From: Octopus sinensis
Lineage: Eukaryota
Length of the DNA: 64,000 nucleotides
Reading direction: 5' to 3'
Assembly: GCF_006345805.1 (NCBI RefSeq)
Contig: NC_043012.1
Span: 20,956,001 to 21,020,000 of the forward strand
The position numbers and the translations under genes were made by a program. Positions 37,680-51,412 of the stretch are shown here, piece by piece. Each line of letters opens with the position of its first letter. Positions within the stretch are counted from its first letter, which is position 1. A model generated the notes under the pieces. The model was not told where the DNA came from. It saw only the letters and a list, made by a program, of their open reading frames with translations, and made no database searches.

Positions 37680-38199
37680 GAGAGAGAGAGCAGTTCATGC
37701 CATCAAAGTGACACTGGGGTAAAATATACGAAGCCCAATATACCCATCATGACTACCCGTCTGATAAAGGTACACCAGGCACATGCATCACAACCATATG
37801 TGCGCGACATGGTGATCTCATATCAAGATAAACAGCACATGACCTTGCAGGTGGGGCCCAGTTAGAATTTTCTTCAGGTTGAGTAGCCCATCCCGCTCAA
37901 AAGGTCCCTGAATAAGGGTTGTTTAAGGATGTTGAAAGAACCACACATGTTTCCAGAGGTGAATTATTCAAACCCCAAAGAATCCCTCTCAACACACGGC
38001 TATGATGCTCCTCCACTACTTCTGCTCGTGATCAGAGATGCACATATCGTCAGCCACTAAGGGACATGCTCAACTGGTTAAGGTCAAACAACTGACAAGC
38101 AAATCTGTGGTATTGAGCAGAATATTTGCTGTAGCCCATCTTTTATACCAAGACAAAACAATTTACATGATAACACTTCCAATCAGTTAAGATCAGGGC
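37680..38199 (+). mobile_element. ~520-bp non-coding element inserted in (ATT)n
   Basis: Begins gagagagagagcagttcatgccatcaaagtg directly after (ATT)n and ends gatcagggc before (ATT)n. Homologous over its full length to 19483-20030, with a small deletion near this end. Confidence 0.85.
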
Positions 38200-38204
38200 A
38201 TTTA

Positions 38205-38257
<53 letters not shown>

Positions 38258-38340
38258 GTTCAGGTCACTGCCTGGAATCGAAGTGTTTAAGAGCGCGGGC
38301 TACTAACACCAAGATTCCGAGCTAGATTCCGGGCAGTGAT

Positions 38341-38416
<76 letters not shown>

Positions 38417-38445
38417 GTAATAATAATAATAATATTAATAATAAT

Positions 38446-38506
<61 letters not shown>

Positions 38507-38577
38507 GTAATAATAATAACAACAACAGCATTGAAAAATACCTTAGGAATGAGAACCCAGGTTCAAAATTTCCCCAA

Positions 38578-38623
38578 GACACCTGATGAAGACTGGAGGG
38601 TATATCAACCGAAACGTTGTGTT
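38578..38623 (+). ncRNA. Minimal type I hammerhead (right arm)
   Basis: GACAC-CUGAUGA-A-GACUG(GAGGGUAUAU)CAACC-GAAA-CG-UU-GUGUU. The core is intact and stem II has two mismatches. Combining both arms gives a perfect GGCUG/CAGCC stem II. Confidence 0.65.
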
Positions 38624-39283
38624 AACAACAAACAAGATGAGGACAAATATCCGTCAAATGTAAATATAGAACTGTATTACAATGCCTTATTTTGCTAAAG
38701 CATTTTGAAAACCATACTATTAATAGTTTGAGTAGATATTTGATTTACTAAAGCTACTGGTTTCGGTAGGAACAGTGAGTAAATTTGAATTTCATTAGTA
38801 AATGTTCCGTACGCAATAACTTCAGTTTCATAGAACTGAAAGAAATATGAAATTCAGAAAGAACTAAATATCGCTAGTTCTTAAAAAGCACTACCTATCT
38901 ACTACGTTGCTATTAATAATATTGATTTCTTACAAGAGACACCAGACTACACACTTTAGGCAAATCATGTGCTTGAGGGTTAGTATATTGATGTTTTATC
39001 GCTTGTTTCAATCACTGGACAGCGGCCATATTGAAAAACCACTTTGAAGCGAGTTTTTCTCAAAAAAGATGGACTTCATGAATTTCTTGTTGTTTTTATT
39101 CTGTTTTTGCTTATTTGTTTTGTTTTGGGTTTTTGTTATGTTATTTAGAAGTCTAGTACTTATTCTATGTCTCCTTTGCTGAACATCTAACTACGGGAAC
39201 TTAAACACATTAATACCGATTATCAAGTTATAGAATGCACAAGCACAGACACAGAGACATATTTGTGTCTGTGCATATATTTA

Positions 39284-40482
39284 TCGAGTCATCCCATAAA
39301 TAATGCAGTTTTTTCAATTGCATCAACTAAACACCGGAGGGGGATGGGATAAACTACCTGCATCAACTTGCTATAAAAGCAGGTAGTAATTTTACTTTGT
39401 CCTTATTCTTAGTGTGAGTTTTGAAGAGTGCAGTTTGATTTTAACAGTTATTTTTTCAAAGCTCTAATGAAAGCGACAAAGGAGCATATTCGGCATATTT
39501 TGCTTTATGAGTTCAATAAAGGTAGCAAAGCAATGGAAAAGTGCGAGGAATATTAATGCAGTATATGGGGATCGGACAATAATCGTAAGCCAGTGTTGAC
39601 GGTGTTTCCAGAAATTCTGAGCTGGAAACTACAGCCTAGAAGATGAAACTCATCCTGGAAGATCTGTAGAGCTCCACAAGAACGTCCTGCAAACCCCGGT
39701 GGATCACACTCCTATCGTAACTGTTGAGGAACTATCAAAGAAGCTTGGATTTGGCCATTCAACCATTCATGGACACCTGCGTACCATCTGAAATGTCAAC
39801 AAATTGGGTCAATGGGTTCCTCACAAACTTCCTGTGTCTAATGTATCTCACAAATGAACGTTTTTTGGACTGAATAGTGACTGGTGACAAGAAATAGGTT
39901 CTCTATAAGAATGTCTATCGCCGAACACACTGGGTAGGGAAAGGAGAAACACCGGCACCCCAGGCTAAAGAAGGTCTACACCCACGTAAGGTGTTGTTAT
40001 GTGTTTCGTGGGATATGAAAGGTTAAGTCCACCTAGAACTTCTTAATCCCAAACCAAAGGAGTTCTACTGCGAGCAGCTTCAGTAGTTTAAGTCAGCGCA
40101 AGACGAAAAACGACCGTCTTTGGTTTCAAGATGAAAGGTGACATTCGAAAGGCTGGAGTAGTTTGAATGGGAAACGATGCCCCACCAACCATGTTCGCCA
40201 GATATTACACCATCTGATTATCATTTATTCTACAGTCCTCAAAATCATTTAGCCGGAAAAAAATATGAATTCTGTAGTCGAGGTCAGAACAGTACTGGAG
40301 GAGCGCTTTTCGTGACGGACAAGTGAATTTTTGAAGAAGTAACTTTCAAGTCTACCAGATAGAATGAAGAGCATTGTAGAAAATGGAGAGTAAGTTTTAC
40401 GTTAAAAAAGAACTTTCTTTATCTTAATTTTGAAAACAGAAAGAAGTATAAAAGAAACCGCATTATTTATTGGATAACCCAA
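39284..40482 (+). mobile_element. Near-full-length decayed mariner transposon (~1.2 kb)
   Basis: TIRs tcgagtcatcccataaataatgcagttt and aaaccgcattatttattggataacccaa, TA TSD. Pseudo-ORF MKATKEHIRHILLYEFNKG...SLEDE.HPGR...WVPHKL...IVTGD...PCSPDITPSDYHLF. Confidence 0.9.
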
Positions 40483-40524
40483 TATATGAATATATATATA
40501 TATATATATATATAGGTGTGTGGT

Positions 40525-40687
40525 GTGTATACGATCGGTTTTGACAGTTTTTCTCTACCATATTTGCACAAGGGATCGATTGTTCCAGGACTATAGTAAA
40601 ATACATGTCAAGGTGCCGCGTAGCGGGACTGAACCCGAAACCATGTGGTTGGAAACCGACTTTCTTAACCACACAGCAATGCCTATG
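40525..40687 (-). mobile_element. SINE family A, 5' half
   Basis: aaggtgccgcgtagcgggactgaacccgaaaccatgtggttggaaac...cttaaccacacagc. Confidence 0.75.
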
Positions 40688-40982
40688 TTATATATATATG
40701 AAAAGTAATTGTTGAGCTCGCGGAAATGCTGGACAGGAAAACTGAACTTTCTTTCTTTTTTCTTCATCTTCATCAACGTCCCCCTCCTCCTCCTCCTCCT
40801 CCTCCACCACTTCATCATCATCATCATCACTATCTTCTTTTCCTCTCTTTTCTCTTCTAATTCTTGTTTGTCTTGATCTACTACTACTACTACTACTATT
40901 ACTACTAATACTACTAAATGCTAGTACTACTTCACTGCTTCTCCTACTATTAATATTGCTACTGCTACTGCCATTACCACTA

Positions 40983-41022
<40 letters not shown>

Positions 41023-43194
41023 CACTCGGTTTTGTCGTTTTGTCTGTCGTCGTTCTTTATATTATTGATAATCGATTAAAACCAGTTCACATCACATACG
41101 CCGCTAATGTCCTCAACACGCATAAACCTTACACAACCACGTTTCTTCACTCCATTATAAATATATGGCTGTTGTGTTTAAGAAAGAAATCAATGTAAGA
41201 GTTTGATGATGTGCAATTACATTTATCTTACGTTATGAGAGCTCGGTTTCTTGTGTGTCTATATCGATCACTGAATTAACATGGTTAATATAGATTCTTC
41301 GTCTCTTAGAAAATTGTAGTGTTTTCTGTAAGGAGAAAAAAAAATCAAGCAAAAATAGAAAAGTAATGCTATTTACTTCAGTCTCTAGAACAGTAGTTCA
41401 GTCGTAACTTTACGAAACCCTGGTCCGAGATAACTCTACGAGCTTGAGTCATTCAATTTACGATGGTGTTATTTCTAACCAAATAAATGTTGGACAGAGG
41501 ACGAGTGTTATTGAACTGTTGATGAATCAAGGTATTGAATATTTCTAGAATCGACAAGACCTGTTTCCCCTCCACCACCGTCACCACCACCACAATATAA
41601 GTCCCAAGCTACAGAGAAACGTGTGCACATAACTGCCAAAAACTAATGAACTGGCCACTAGTAAGGCTTGAAATATTCTTCTGTTTCACAATGCTGTGGA
41701 AATGCTCTATCTTTGTCACAATTGCACCTGTAATAGCGACCAAAATTCTCAAACTAATTATTGTTTAATTCAAATTTTGGTGTCACGATCAAGCTCCGTG
41801 TGATTCTATAAATTTTGGTGTCACGATCAAGCTCCTTGTGATTCTATAGATTTTGGCACTGAACACAGGTTTTTTAAAAAGTTGGATATATTGTACTAGT
41901 AGTCTAAATTTAGTTTTATTACAAAAATCGGGAATCGAAACCAGCTGAATGTTTTACCTCAGTAGAAGCTAATGTTATTGTTTAGTTCTAGATTATCTCC
42001 GATTCAGTAAAACCTGAGGTCACAAGCATTCCAGCCATGACCATCCAGGGTTTTTTTTCAAAACAGAATTTTTTTGCTTTTGAAGAATAGGTCTCATGAG
42101 ACCGATTACACCAGTTTCTCTGACCGAAATCACGATGTTCCCCCTGAAGAGTACACAGTCACATTACGGGGTTCATAGCAAACAATTTTGAGAGGAGGGG
42201 ACACATCGATGGCATCGACAACTGCAGTTGGCTGTTACTTTATTTCACCGGCACCGGATGAAAGGCAAATTTGGCCACAGCCGGAGTTAAGATGAGATCG
42301 TAAAGTGCCAGAGGAAATGCCACTTCCGACGTGTAAACCATTCCTGAAGGGTGCCCCCATTATTCAGATTATCTTAGCCTTTTAAAACACTATAGTGTGA
42401 TTTATGGGAAATTTCTACGGTGTTTCTAATAGGTCACTTGATCACCTAAGAATATTCAAAACCGACGCTCGCTAATATTTTGCAAGCTATTTTCTAGCGT
42501 TTCTTTAAAATACTAATAATAGAATAAATAATTACTTCTTGTTATATCACCTATTTCTTGTTATATTACTAATTCTTAAGCTGGTGATAATCACTTCACA
42601 TTTAATGGTCGATCAATTCAGAATTTACGTAATATTTCTTTCATCCTAGATTTTAGGATAAACAACAATCGTTCTTTTCTTATACAAGCAATTTTCAGTT
42701 GCCTATTATCTGTTCAACCAATATGATCAGTTGTTTTAGAAAGAAAAAGTCCTGGCACCGTTATTAATTTTTCTGCAGCAAATCTGATTTAATCGCGTCT
42801 GCAATCATTTCCTGTCCTGAAACCAATTATTTTCGCTTTTTTTCTCTTTCAAATAAAGGTGGTGGAATTTTAACACCTGATGATTCATAGGAGCGCCGTC
42901 CTGGCATATGATGTGCTTCGAGCATTATTTTCCAGGCCTTATGTTTTACACGTCGCGTGTTTTAGTCATTGAACCGTGGCCATGCTGAAACACCGCCTCA
43001 AAGGGAATTAGTCGGAAGAAATCCACCCTAGTATTTATATTCTAAGTCGGTTAGTTATCTTACCGTCTCTTTTGCTGAGCCACTACATTACAGGGTCGTA
43101 AACAAACATCAGTAATTGTCAAACGGTGATTCGGTACAAACACAGACAGTAACACATATATATGTACATACATGCATATATATAATATTGTATA

Positions 43195-43390
43195 CATGAT
43201 TGATCGGTAGCCACTAAACCTTTTTTTATTTTTTCTCTTTGCTTATTTCTGTGTTCCTTTCTGGTGAAGAGCGTAGGCTCGAAACCTAAAAGTCTTTCTC
43301 ACTTCCCGAGCTTTAAACTAATACACCTGCTTCTTGTTCCTACACTTATATTCGCCTTTTGTTTTCTGTAAATTTGAACTATATATATAT
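43195..43390 (+). mobile_element. Short PLE pseudo-LTR-like element with degenerate minimal hammerhead (43257-43292), ending in (TA)n
   Basis: CUUU-CUGGUGA-A-GAGC(GUAG)GCUC-GAAA-CC-UA-AAAG; same family as 3863-4062. Confidence 0.6.
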
Positions 43391-43598
43391 CAGAGTAAGC
43401 ACTTAAATGAGAAACAAGGTGGAAAAAATAGATCTCGAATATCGGAAGTAGAGTAATATACTTTATTATAATAGAGGTGTAAAAACTTCACAAAACCTGT
43501 TACTCAGAGTTTCACGTTGCCGTCTGTCGAACGGGAGCATGAGACACTGAGTAATAGCTTTTGCGATGTCTTTGCAGCTCTCTTATTAATGTATATGC

Positions 43599-43652
<54 letters not shown>

Positions 43653-44027
43653 CTGCATTTACATATAAGTATGTATATATGTATATATATGTATGTATGT
43701 ATGTATCTATCTATATATATATATATATATGTAAATATATATATATGTTAGTTAGTTAGTTAGTTAGTTAATTTGGCTCAAAAGCAAATAGCAAGGCCAT
43801 GTAGGGGGACATGGAGTTAAGTACAGGGTGGTGTTCATGTAAAGAGTTCAGGCCACTTGAGGTCAAGGGAGGCTTTGAACAAAGCGGTCGTCGGCATCTT
43901 CACCATCTCGTCTGGCAGCTTGTTCCACGGATCCGCAACCCGGACGGAGAAAGCTCCTCTCCTTCGATTGAGATGAAATCGTCGCAGGTAGTCGTACATA
44001 TATATATGTACGTATATGATTACATAG

Positions 44028-44115
<88 letters not shown>

Positions 44116-44149
44116 GTGTGTGTATATGTATGTATATATACGTCTATGT

Positions 44150-44340
44150 GAAGGCGTACTGCTTAGTGGTTAAGGTGTTTCACTCACGATTGCGAGATCA
44201 CGAGTTTGATTCCCAGATCGGGCGTTGCGTTTTGTTCTTGAGCAAAGCACTTCATTTCAGCACCCAATTGCACCTATAAAGGTAATGTCGATTTGATGGA
44301 GTGATTGAGTTTATGTCTACACAAGCATGTGATCACTTTA
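44150..44340 (+). mobile_element. Diverged tRNA-derived SINE, family C
   Basis: gaaggcgtactgcttagtggttaag...gagtttgattcc...ttcttgagcaaagcact; homologous to 49325-49650. Confidence 0.7.
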
Positions 44341-44600
44341 ATCAAATCATCTGTGTCGTTGTTCTGTAAGAAATTGTCGATCCCTCATACCTCATGTAAC
44401 GACGAGGGAGTCCATTAAATATATATATATATATATATATATGTGTGTTGTGTGTGTGTGTGTATACGTGAGGTGTATGAATAGTTTTGAGCCTTCAATA
44501 TGCATGTGTATATATTTATGTATACAGTACTTGGAGTCTTGTACCATGTTATGCTTTTTGGAGTCTCCAAACTTTTCATACACCTCTGTGTGTGTCTGTG

Positions 44601-44631
<31 letters not shown>

Positions 44632-44782
44632 TTGTGTGTATATATGTGTGTATGTGTGTGTGTAGATATATGTGTGTGTATATATATATATATATGTTTG
44701 TATGTGCATATATATGTGTGTGCATGTATGCGTGTGTGTATAGATATATATGTGCGTGAGTGTGTATGTATGTTTTTGTGTG

Positions 44783-44814
<32 letters not shown>

Positions 44815-44933
44815 CGCGCGCGCGTATATATATGCTTTAGGTTCGTTTACAGGTGACGTTTTTGAGCATGCACATAAGAACCCCTATTTTATTGTGCAGG
44901 CTAATAATATCAACTTGCAATAGCAGTTTTATG

Positions 44934-44975
<42 letters not shown>

Positions 44976-45427
44976 GGTGAGGTTTTTTGAGTTTCCCTCT
45001 ACAAATTCGCTAACAAAACATTTATCTGTCTGGAAGCTATAGTAGGAGACACGTGCTCGGTGTCATGCACATTCAGATCGAAGACAGCACCTCGCTTTTG
45101 CACAATGAACTCCCAAACGCCATGGAGAGAGAAAAGCGTGGGAAGAAAAATGTGATTCGAACAAACGACTCTAGTACAGGATTGAAACTTTATCTCTCGA
45201 ACCGCTAGGTTACAGTCTATTGATTTTATAAAAATCCTGAGGATCAACTTCAAATCAGTAGTAACAGGTTTCATTATCCGATTATCCATAATGATTCATT
45301 CATCTAGACGTGAAATAATTGGTTGTGTTTATTGCAATGACACGTGGGATGAATTGTTGTGTAATGTTTTAAATCTCTCTCCTCGCTTTTTCCTGTTGTT
45401 CTTCTATTCCGCCTCCGTTTCTTTTCT

Positions 45428-45465
<38 letters not shown>

Positions 45466-45480
45466 CCCTCTCTCTCTCTC

Positions 45481-45518
<38 letters not shown>

Positions 45519-48095
45519 TGTTTAAAAATCTAAAGAAGGAAAAAGTACGGAAGGCATGTAGCAGAGTTGATTTATTCGTGTAAAGCTGATGAAACAATTT
45601 GTCACTAATCTCAGTTTCAGAATTGATTGTAGTTCGTAGTTCAGTTTGGTGAGCGTTAGTATTCTTTTGAGGCGTTATTGGGAGTGGAGAAGAGTTAAGT
45701 AATGGGCATGTTTCCGACCGCAAACGGAACTTGCATGTCCAATAAAAATTATTCTGGATTAACAGTGCATGCATTGAAATATCGTTTAATCATCATACTA
45801 ATGTACTTAACTCTAGAGAGAGAATGAACACTACATCTCTATCCTAACAGAAAATGTAGGATAGTGAAGGTAAAACTCGCTTCTATAACTATGCGTGTAA
45901 TAAGCACCGCATCCTTAACCAATAGTGGAGAAAATGTCATATCGGTTTTCAAAAGCCAATGCACATAGAAGGCAAGTATTTTGTTGCGGACATTTATAAT
46001 ACAAACCGGTATAATCCTCAGTGTTCAAATTAGCTGTCACACTTGGCCGTTCGAAACGTCATATGTAAGAGTCGCTGGATTTCAGTAGATTGTAATGACA
46101 TACAGAGCTTGCTGTTTATAGTTTTTGAGGAGAAATCCAGTAAATCGTTAATCTAGTTTTTCCATTTACAAAATATTCATTTTTAAAAGACAGTAACAAA
46201 TCTGAAAATCGGCTATAATAATATAGTTTTCCAGTCTTATTGCTATGAAGGTATGGTGCTGTGAAGAAGATATTGGAGGAATAAGTTACAGAAGTTTGAA
46301 AATAGAAAAATCTGTGTAATCTTAGTCATTAAAGAGAGAAATTTTCTGCGTTTAGCGGAGCGGTCTCAACTTTAAGGTTGTACCCTGTGAAATTTATAGT
46401 TTAGCGTCTGTGAAATGACCTGTTCAATGTAGGTTTCTAAACAAACAGAAATACCTAATTTCATTGTAGAAATAAATAAACAGAAATACTTAATAAAATC
46501 GACATGTATTATCTTAATGTTTCTTTTATCTCTTCATTGATTATATGTTTTTTATTTGTTGTATAAATGTATTTGTCTGAATGTATTTATGCGTATTCCA
46601 GTATTATGTACATCTGTCACGTATTTGTACACATAATTAATATATAAGTGCATTTGTGTGTGAGAGACAGAGTGTGTGTGTGGGTGTGGGTGTGTGTAAG
46701 TGTGTGTGTGTGTGTGTGAAAAGGGGCGTCTGTCTCCAAAACTTCATGCCTGGATTTATAAAAAACGATAAGAATAACACTGGTCAACAAAGAATTTGTC
46801 CCAAGAAAAAGAATACCTGTCTCTTCTATGCTTTTGCATGCAGAATTATTCAAAGATAATGTCAAATTATCTGTATCACCCACACTTTCTCTGTTCCACG
46901 ATATCCTTCTCAGTTCCTGTTACCTGGGCTAAATTTCAGTTAAGGTGTTGAAATGTGAATCCAACGGTTTAAGAAATACTCCTAATTTAAATGTTTATGA
47001 ATAGAATTAACCTAGTGAAGTCATAAATCCAACTGAGTCAATGAGAACCTGAAGCTTGGTAATACTGAGTCGATGAGTCACCGATGCTTTTTCAATACTG
47101 TGCTTGAAGTGTAGGTTTGCGGTTGTGTACTAAGTTCACATATTCCATTCATCTTCATAATGCCAAGAAACTGTATAAACATCGCAAGCAACTTTTGCTA
47201 TATATGGAAAATATGTAAAATATGAAGACAATTGGCGAAAAATATCTATGATAAAATTCTAATTGATAAATATAAATTTTAATTAAAAGAAAGCACGTGG
47301 GTGAAGTAAATCTCGTGATGTGAAGAATCAACACAGCATGCGGTTGAAGTGAAACATGATGACAAGCTGTTAATGTTACAACGTCTGTTGATTGGCTAAA
47401 ATTACCCACATTTCCCAACTTTAATTCCAAATAACATCGGATTCTTTAATTTACGAGATAAAGTAATTGGTTGATCGTAATAAAAATTCAGCGTTGCATC
47501 GACACACCAAAATTGAAAGCAATTTGAGCGAAATAAAGGGGGTTGATTTTGCGAATGAACAAAAAAAAGAGAAGGCTAGATCCCAGTGTATTTCTGGTGC
47601 TGAGATTACTCCAAAATAACACATGCTTGGACTCTAGCAAGGAAGCTGCTTTACATCTGGGTGACTTCAAAGATGTTGAAATTCGCTTCACCATTACAGA
47701 CAACTAAGGAACATTCCTAGATTTTCGATTCTTGTTTTCACAGTAGAAATAATAAAGCAGGGTTGTTCTCATTTTATAGTCTATAAAAAGCAAATATCCA
47801 AGGAAGTATTTAAGAGATGCTTTGTCTAGGGAATAAAAAAAAATAGTTACGTGAAGGAATGTCATTTGGTGATTAGCGCGATATATCTTTGGACGGTTAA
47901 TTAGCAAAAAGTAGATTACAAAAATTGTTAATAGAAGACAAATTAAATGGAAAATGAGGAAGGAGAAAATTCATAACGAATGGATGATATCGAGAAATAG
48001 ACCGATTGTCAAATACAGTGTCTATATAAGGAGACGACGAGACCGCTTTAGTGTTCTCTGGTTGTCAACACGCTTAGGAAACATGATACCTGATA

Positions 48096-48130
<35 letters not shown>

Positions 48131-48627
48131 AGCGACGGCGACAACAACGATGTTAATGATGACAGGGAGGTGGAGCATGGCGGCAATTGAAGCGGGGGTG
48201 GCGGTGTTGGTGTTGACGTTGTTAATGATAATGAAGGGGCGGAGCGTGACAGTGGTGGCGGTGGTGTTCCAGCTGCTGCTGTTGATGATGATGATGATGA
48301 TCATCATCATCATCATAAAGGACTCGGAGTTATTTTACATGAATTTATACGTATCCCAGATGTAAGTGTAAAAACTTCCACAATGCTGTTGACCTTTTTT
48401 TCTCTTTGCTCTTTTTTAGTTGCCTTTTTTTAATTTTTGGCACATTAAAATAAGAGAAAAGTCCTTCTAAGTGTATGTTGGACAATCTCATCAAAATGTG
48501 TAGTTGCAATATTTAGGATTGCAGAGTCTTTCGATGGAAACAGTTTTCGTTAACTAAGCTTTTTTTTTCCAGCCATAAACATTTCCATGAAGATACCAGC
48601 GTTTTGACTCACGTTGCTGATTTGCAG

Positions 48628-48803
48628 TGAACAGAACATATCTACCAAACCGATATAGCGTTATCTTTGCAATGATGGAAGCCATGCTCATGCCTCTGTA
48701 TGAAGAAGAAACTCGTGGCCGCCCATTACGAGGAAATAGAGTTTATTTTCTGATTATTCATCGCTACTATACTGTACAAAATCTTCAACGTGCACAAAAT
48801 GAT
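48628..48803 (+). CDS. Possible isolated internal coding exon of an unidentified host gene
   Basis: Acceptor ttgctgatttgcag|, then a 176-nt open frame (NRTYLPNRYSVIFAMMEAMLMPLYEEETRGRPLRGNRVYFLIIHRYYTVQNLQRAQND), then donor |gtatgt. An alternative donor gtaagt lies at 48820. The sequence is non-repetitive and no family is recognised. Confidence 0.35.
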
Positions 48804-49324
48804 GTATGTGTATACTAACGTAAGTTTAACTATATTATGTACCGAGAAAATATTTGCTGAGCCTAAATTTATGTGAAATTGTAAAGGTGGAGCTGCCATT
48901 TCAAGACCTGGCAGAAATATACGTAACAATCATGTGAAAAACTGAAGTTCAAGCTATGCTTGACTTGAAGAATTCTCTCTATGGTAATGAGATCAATATT
49001 TGTCCTCCCATCTGCAAATCAGTGTATAGTTTGTACACTATTTCTCTACATTTCCGACGGGCTGTTCCTGGTTTTATAACGTAAATGACACAAATACGTG
49101 ACACTGAGAAGCCGCAACAACAGCGAACTATATATCTGTCGCACACGCAGTCATTTCTGGGATGATTTCATTTCGCTTAACTCTGAAAAATATTGTGTCT
49201 TTTTTTTTTTTTCTTCCAAGACATGTTTATAAGAGCATCTTTCCCAAACGGAAATCCCAACCTCTGGTTTTTCAACTACACACAACGTGTGTATTTATAT
49301 TTAGTTTTGTAATTTTTCAGTGAA

Positions 49325-49650
49325 GGCGCATGGCTCAGTGGTTAGAGCGTCGAGCTTACGATCGTGAGGTTGTGAGCTCGAATCCCGGACCGGGCTGCGT
49401 GTTGTGTTCTTGAGCAAGACACTTTATTTCACGTTGCTCCAGTTCACTCAGCTGTAGAAATGAGTTGCGACGTCTCTGGTGCCAAGCTGTATCGACCTTT
49501 GTCTTTCCCTTGGATAACACTGGTGGCGTGGAGAGGGGAGGCTGGTATGCATGGGCGACTGCTGGTCTTCCACAAACAACTTGTGTCTAGGAGGGTAACT
49601 TTCTAGGTGCAATCCCATGGTCTGTGTCGTGACCGAAGGAGGTCTCCGAA
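49325..49650 (+). mobile_element. tRNA-derived SINE, family C
   Basis: ggcgcatggctcagtggttagagcg (A box), gagctcgaatccc (B box), ttcttgagcaagacac core-like motif. Confidence 0.85.
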
Positions 49651-50425
49651 TTTTTCAGTCTTCGCTTGAGTGAGAACGCACCATCTGCAACTATGCACCA
49701 AACACTCTTTACTGCGTTAACCATGAGGACATATAGTGATTGTTGCTATCGTTGTTGTTGTTGTTGTTGTTCTTGCTGTTGCTGTTGTTGTTGCTGCTGG
49801 TGCTGTTGTTGTTATTGACGTCGTTGTTGTGGTCTTCGTTGTTGTTGTTGTCATTGCTGATTTTGTTCTTGTTTTTCTTTAATCCTAGATCGCCTTCATT
49901 AAAATGGTATTTGATTAAGTAAGTTCCATGGTGATCTACAATGTCTTTATGTTAGATATCACGCATCTAGAATTCAATTATCCAAAACAGTATCTTTTCA
50001 AAACAAGCGGCTGTATCTGAGAGAAATTTGACTGTTATTTCTAGCAAAGAAGTAACATGACTATCTAAAAGCTTTCTCGTTCATTCCTTTGACGTTTAGT
50101 ACATCTAAAAGAGTGACTAACGAAGTATATCTGCTATAGTGAGTGGCAGTTCACACCTTGTGGAAATGAACAGCTGACACTTCGTTAAGATAGTTAATTA
50201 GCCATATATTCAATTATCTTGAGAATTGTTTATATGAATTGGCAATTTGCAGACAAACAGTAAAAAAATCTTTTGCAGAACTGATGCAAATTTATATACA
50301 AACCAAACCAGTCTTGTAATTAGAGCCGAAATGCTTGCTAAATCGGATGCGGGGTGCCTAGAATGTGTATGAGACGGCGAGGAGAGTATATGTGTGATTC
50401 TGGGTGTGTGTGTGTGTGTGCGTGT

Positions 50426-50465
<40 letters not shown>

Positions 50466-51184
50466 CTGTGTGTGTGTGCGAGTGTGTGTGTGTGTTTCTG
50501 AGCGAGCCCGTGCGATTGCCATCAATTTATTAATTGACACACTCGTTCTTTTTGTTATAAACCGGCTTTCTTGACTCCCTCGCATCGCTTTTAATTCTAT
50601 GTACATAGAGAGGCGGTAGTAACAACCTACATCTCTCTCTCTCCCCTCTCTCTCTCTCTCTCTCTCTCTAACCTCCCTTTTTTCCGCTCTCTCTCTCTCT
50701 CTCTCTCTTCCTCTCTAACCTCCTTTTCTCCTCTCTCTCTCTCTCTTCCCCTTTCTCTCTCTGTTTCGGTGCTGAAATTTATTGATGTATATCTTGCAAA
50801 AAAGTAATGGAAGACAGAATGAGACAGACATCAGATTAAATGAGCCAGAAGTGCCAACATAAACAAGATATACAGGTGTGTGTGTGTGTGTGTGTACGCG
50901 CGCGCGCCAGCTCTAAATTTGCTCTTAAGGACTGTGTATCAACATACGAATTTACGATAGACGTTTAACACTAAACTTATCTGTTATTCTACTTTCCTAT
51001 AAGACTGAGAAGCTGCTCTGTAAAGTGATGGCTACTTCCTTGAGAACCGTATTTCAAACATATTTTTTTAAACACACATAATCTAAAATCATTACACAAA
51101 ACACTCTACCCGTATGGTTGAGAATTTTCAATCGCAATGTATTTTACTCTCATTCTTCTGAATGTAACATTGCTGAAACCTATT

Positions 51185-51412
51185 TCTTTATTACCCACAA
51201 GGGGCTAAACACAGAGGGGACAAACAAGGACAGACATAGGTATTAAGTCGATTACATCGACCCCAGTGCGTAACTGGTACATAATTTATCGACCCCGAAA
51301 GGATGAAAGGCAAAGTCGACCTCGGCGGAATTTGAACTCACAACGTAACGCAGACGAAATACCGCTAAGCATTTCGCCCGGCGTGCTTAACGTTTCTGCC
51401 AGCTCGCCGCCC
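51185..51412 (-). mobile_element. SINE family B, full length, young
   Basis: Close reverse complement of 4636-4868. Confidence 0.9.

Larger units (their letters stand above)
37495..38667. mobile_element. Head-to-head fold-back of a tRNA-headed, hammerhead-tailed SINE-like element, with a later insertion in its left (ATT)n
   Basis: The right arm has a tRNA-like head (38282-38345), (TAA)n and an HHR-bearing tail (38530-38667). The left arm is its reverse complement from the B-box onward (38259-38282, (ATT)n, 37495-37660). Confidence 0.7.

Noticed and set aside
39243-39274. 11-bp-stem hairpin gcacagacaca/tgtgtctgtgc beside the mariner
   Set aside because: Short and built from CA/TG low-complexity sequence; expected by chance.
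41518-41650. Short proline-rich frame STRPVSPPPPSPPPQYKSQATEKRVHITAKN* after ttctag
   Set aside because: Driven by a (CCA)n tract, with a weak acceptor and no corroborating exons.
41772-41850. 39-bp direct duplication; similar short duplications at 55478-55520 and 58127-58335
   Set aside because: Ordinary local slippage or repair duplications with no spacer structure; not CRISPR-like.
43497-43557. GAAA-CUCUGAG-UA-ACAG motif on the minus strand with an 11-bp inverted repeat
   Set aside because: The 3' half looks hammerhead-like, but no CUGANGA core or matching stem I 5' strand remains.
44975-45800. TA-CAGGGTG start suggesting a Tc1/mariner MITE, and a 156-aa minus ORF
   Set aside because: No matching right TIR was found, and the ORF is largely (GA)n-derived.
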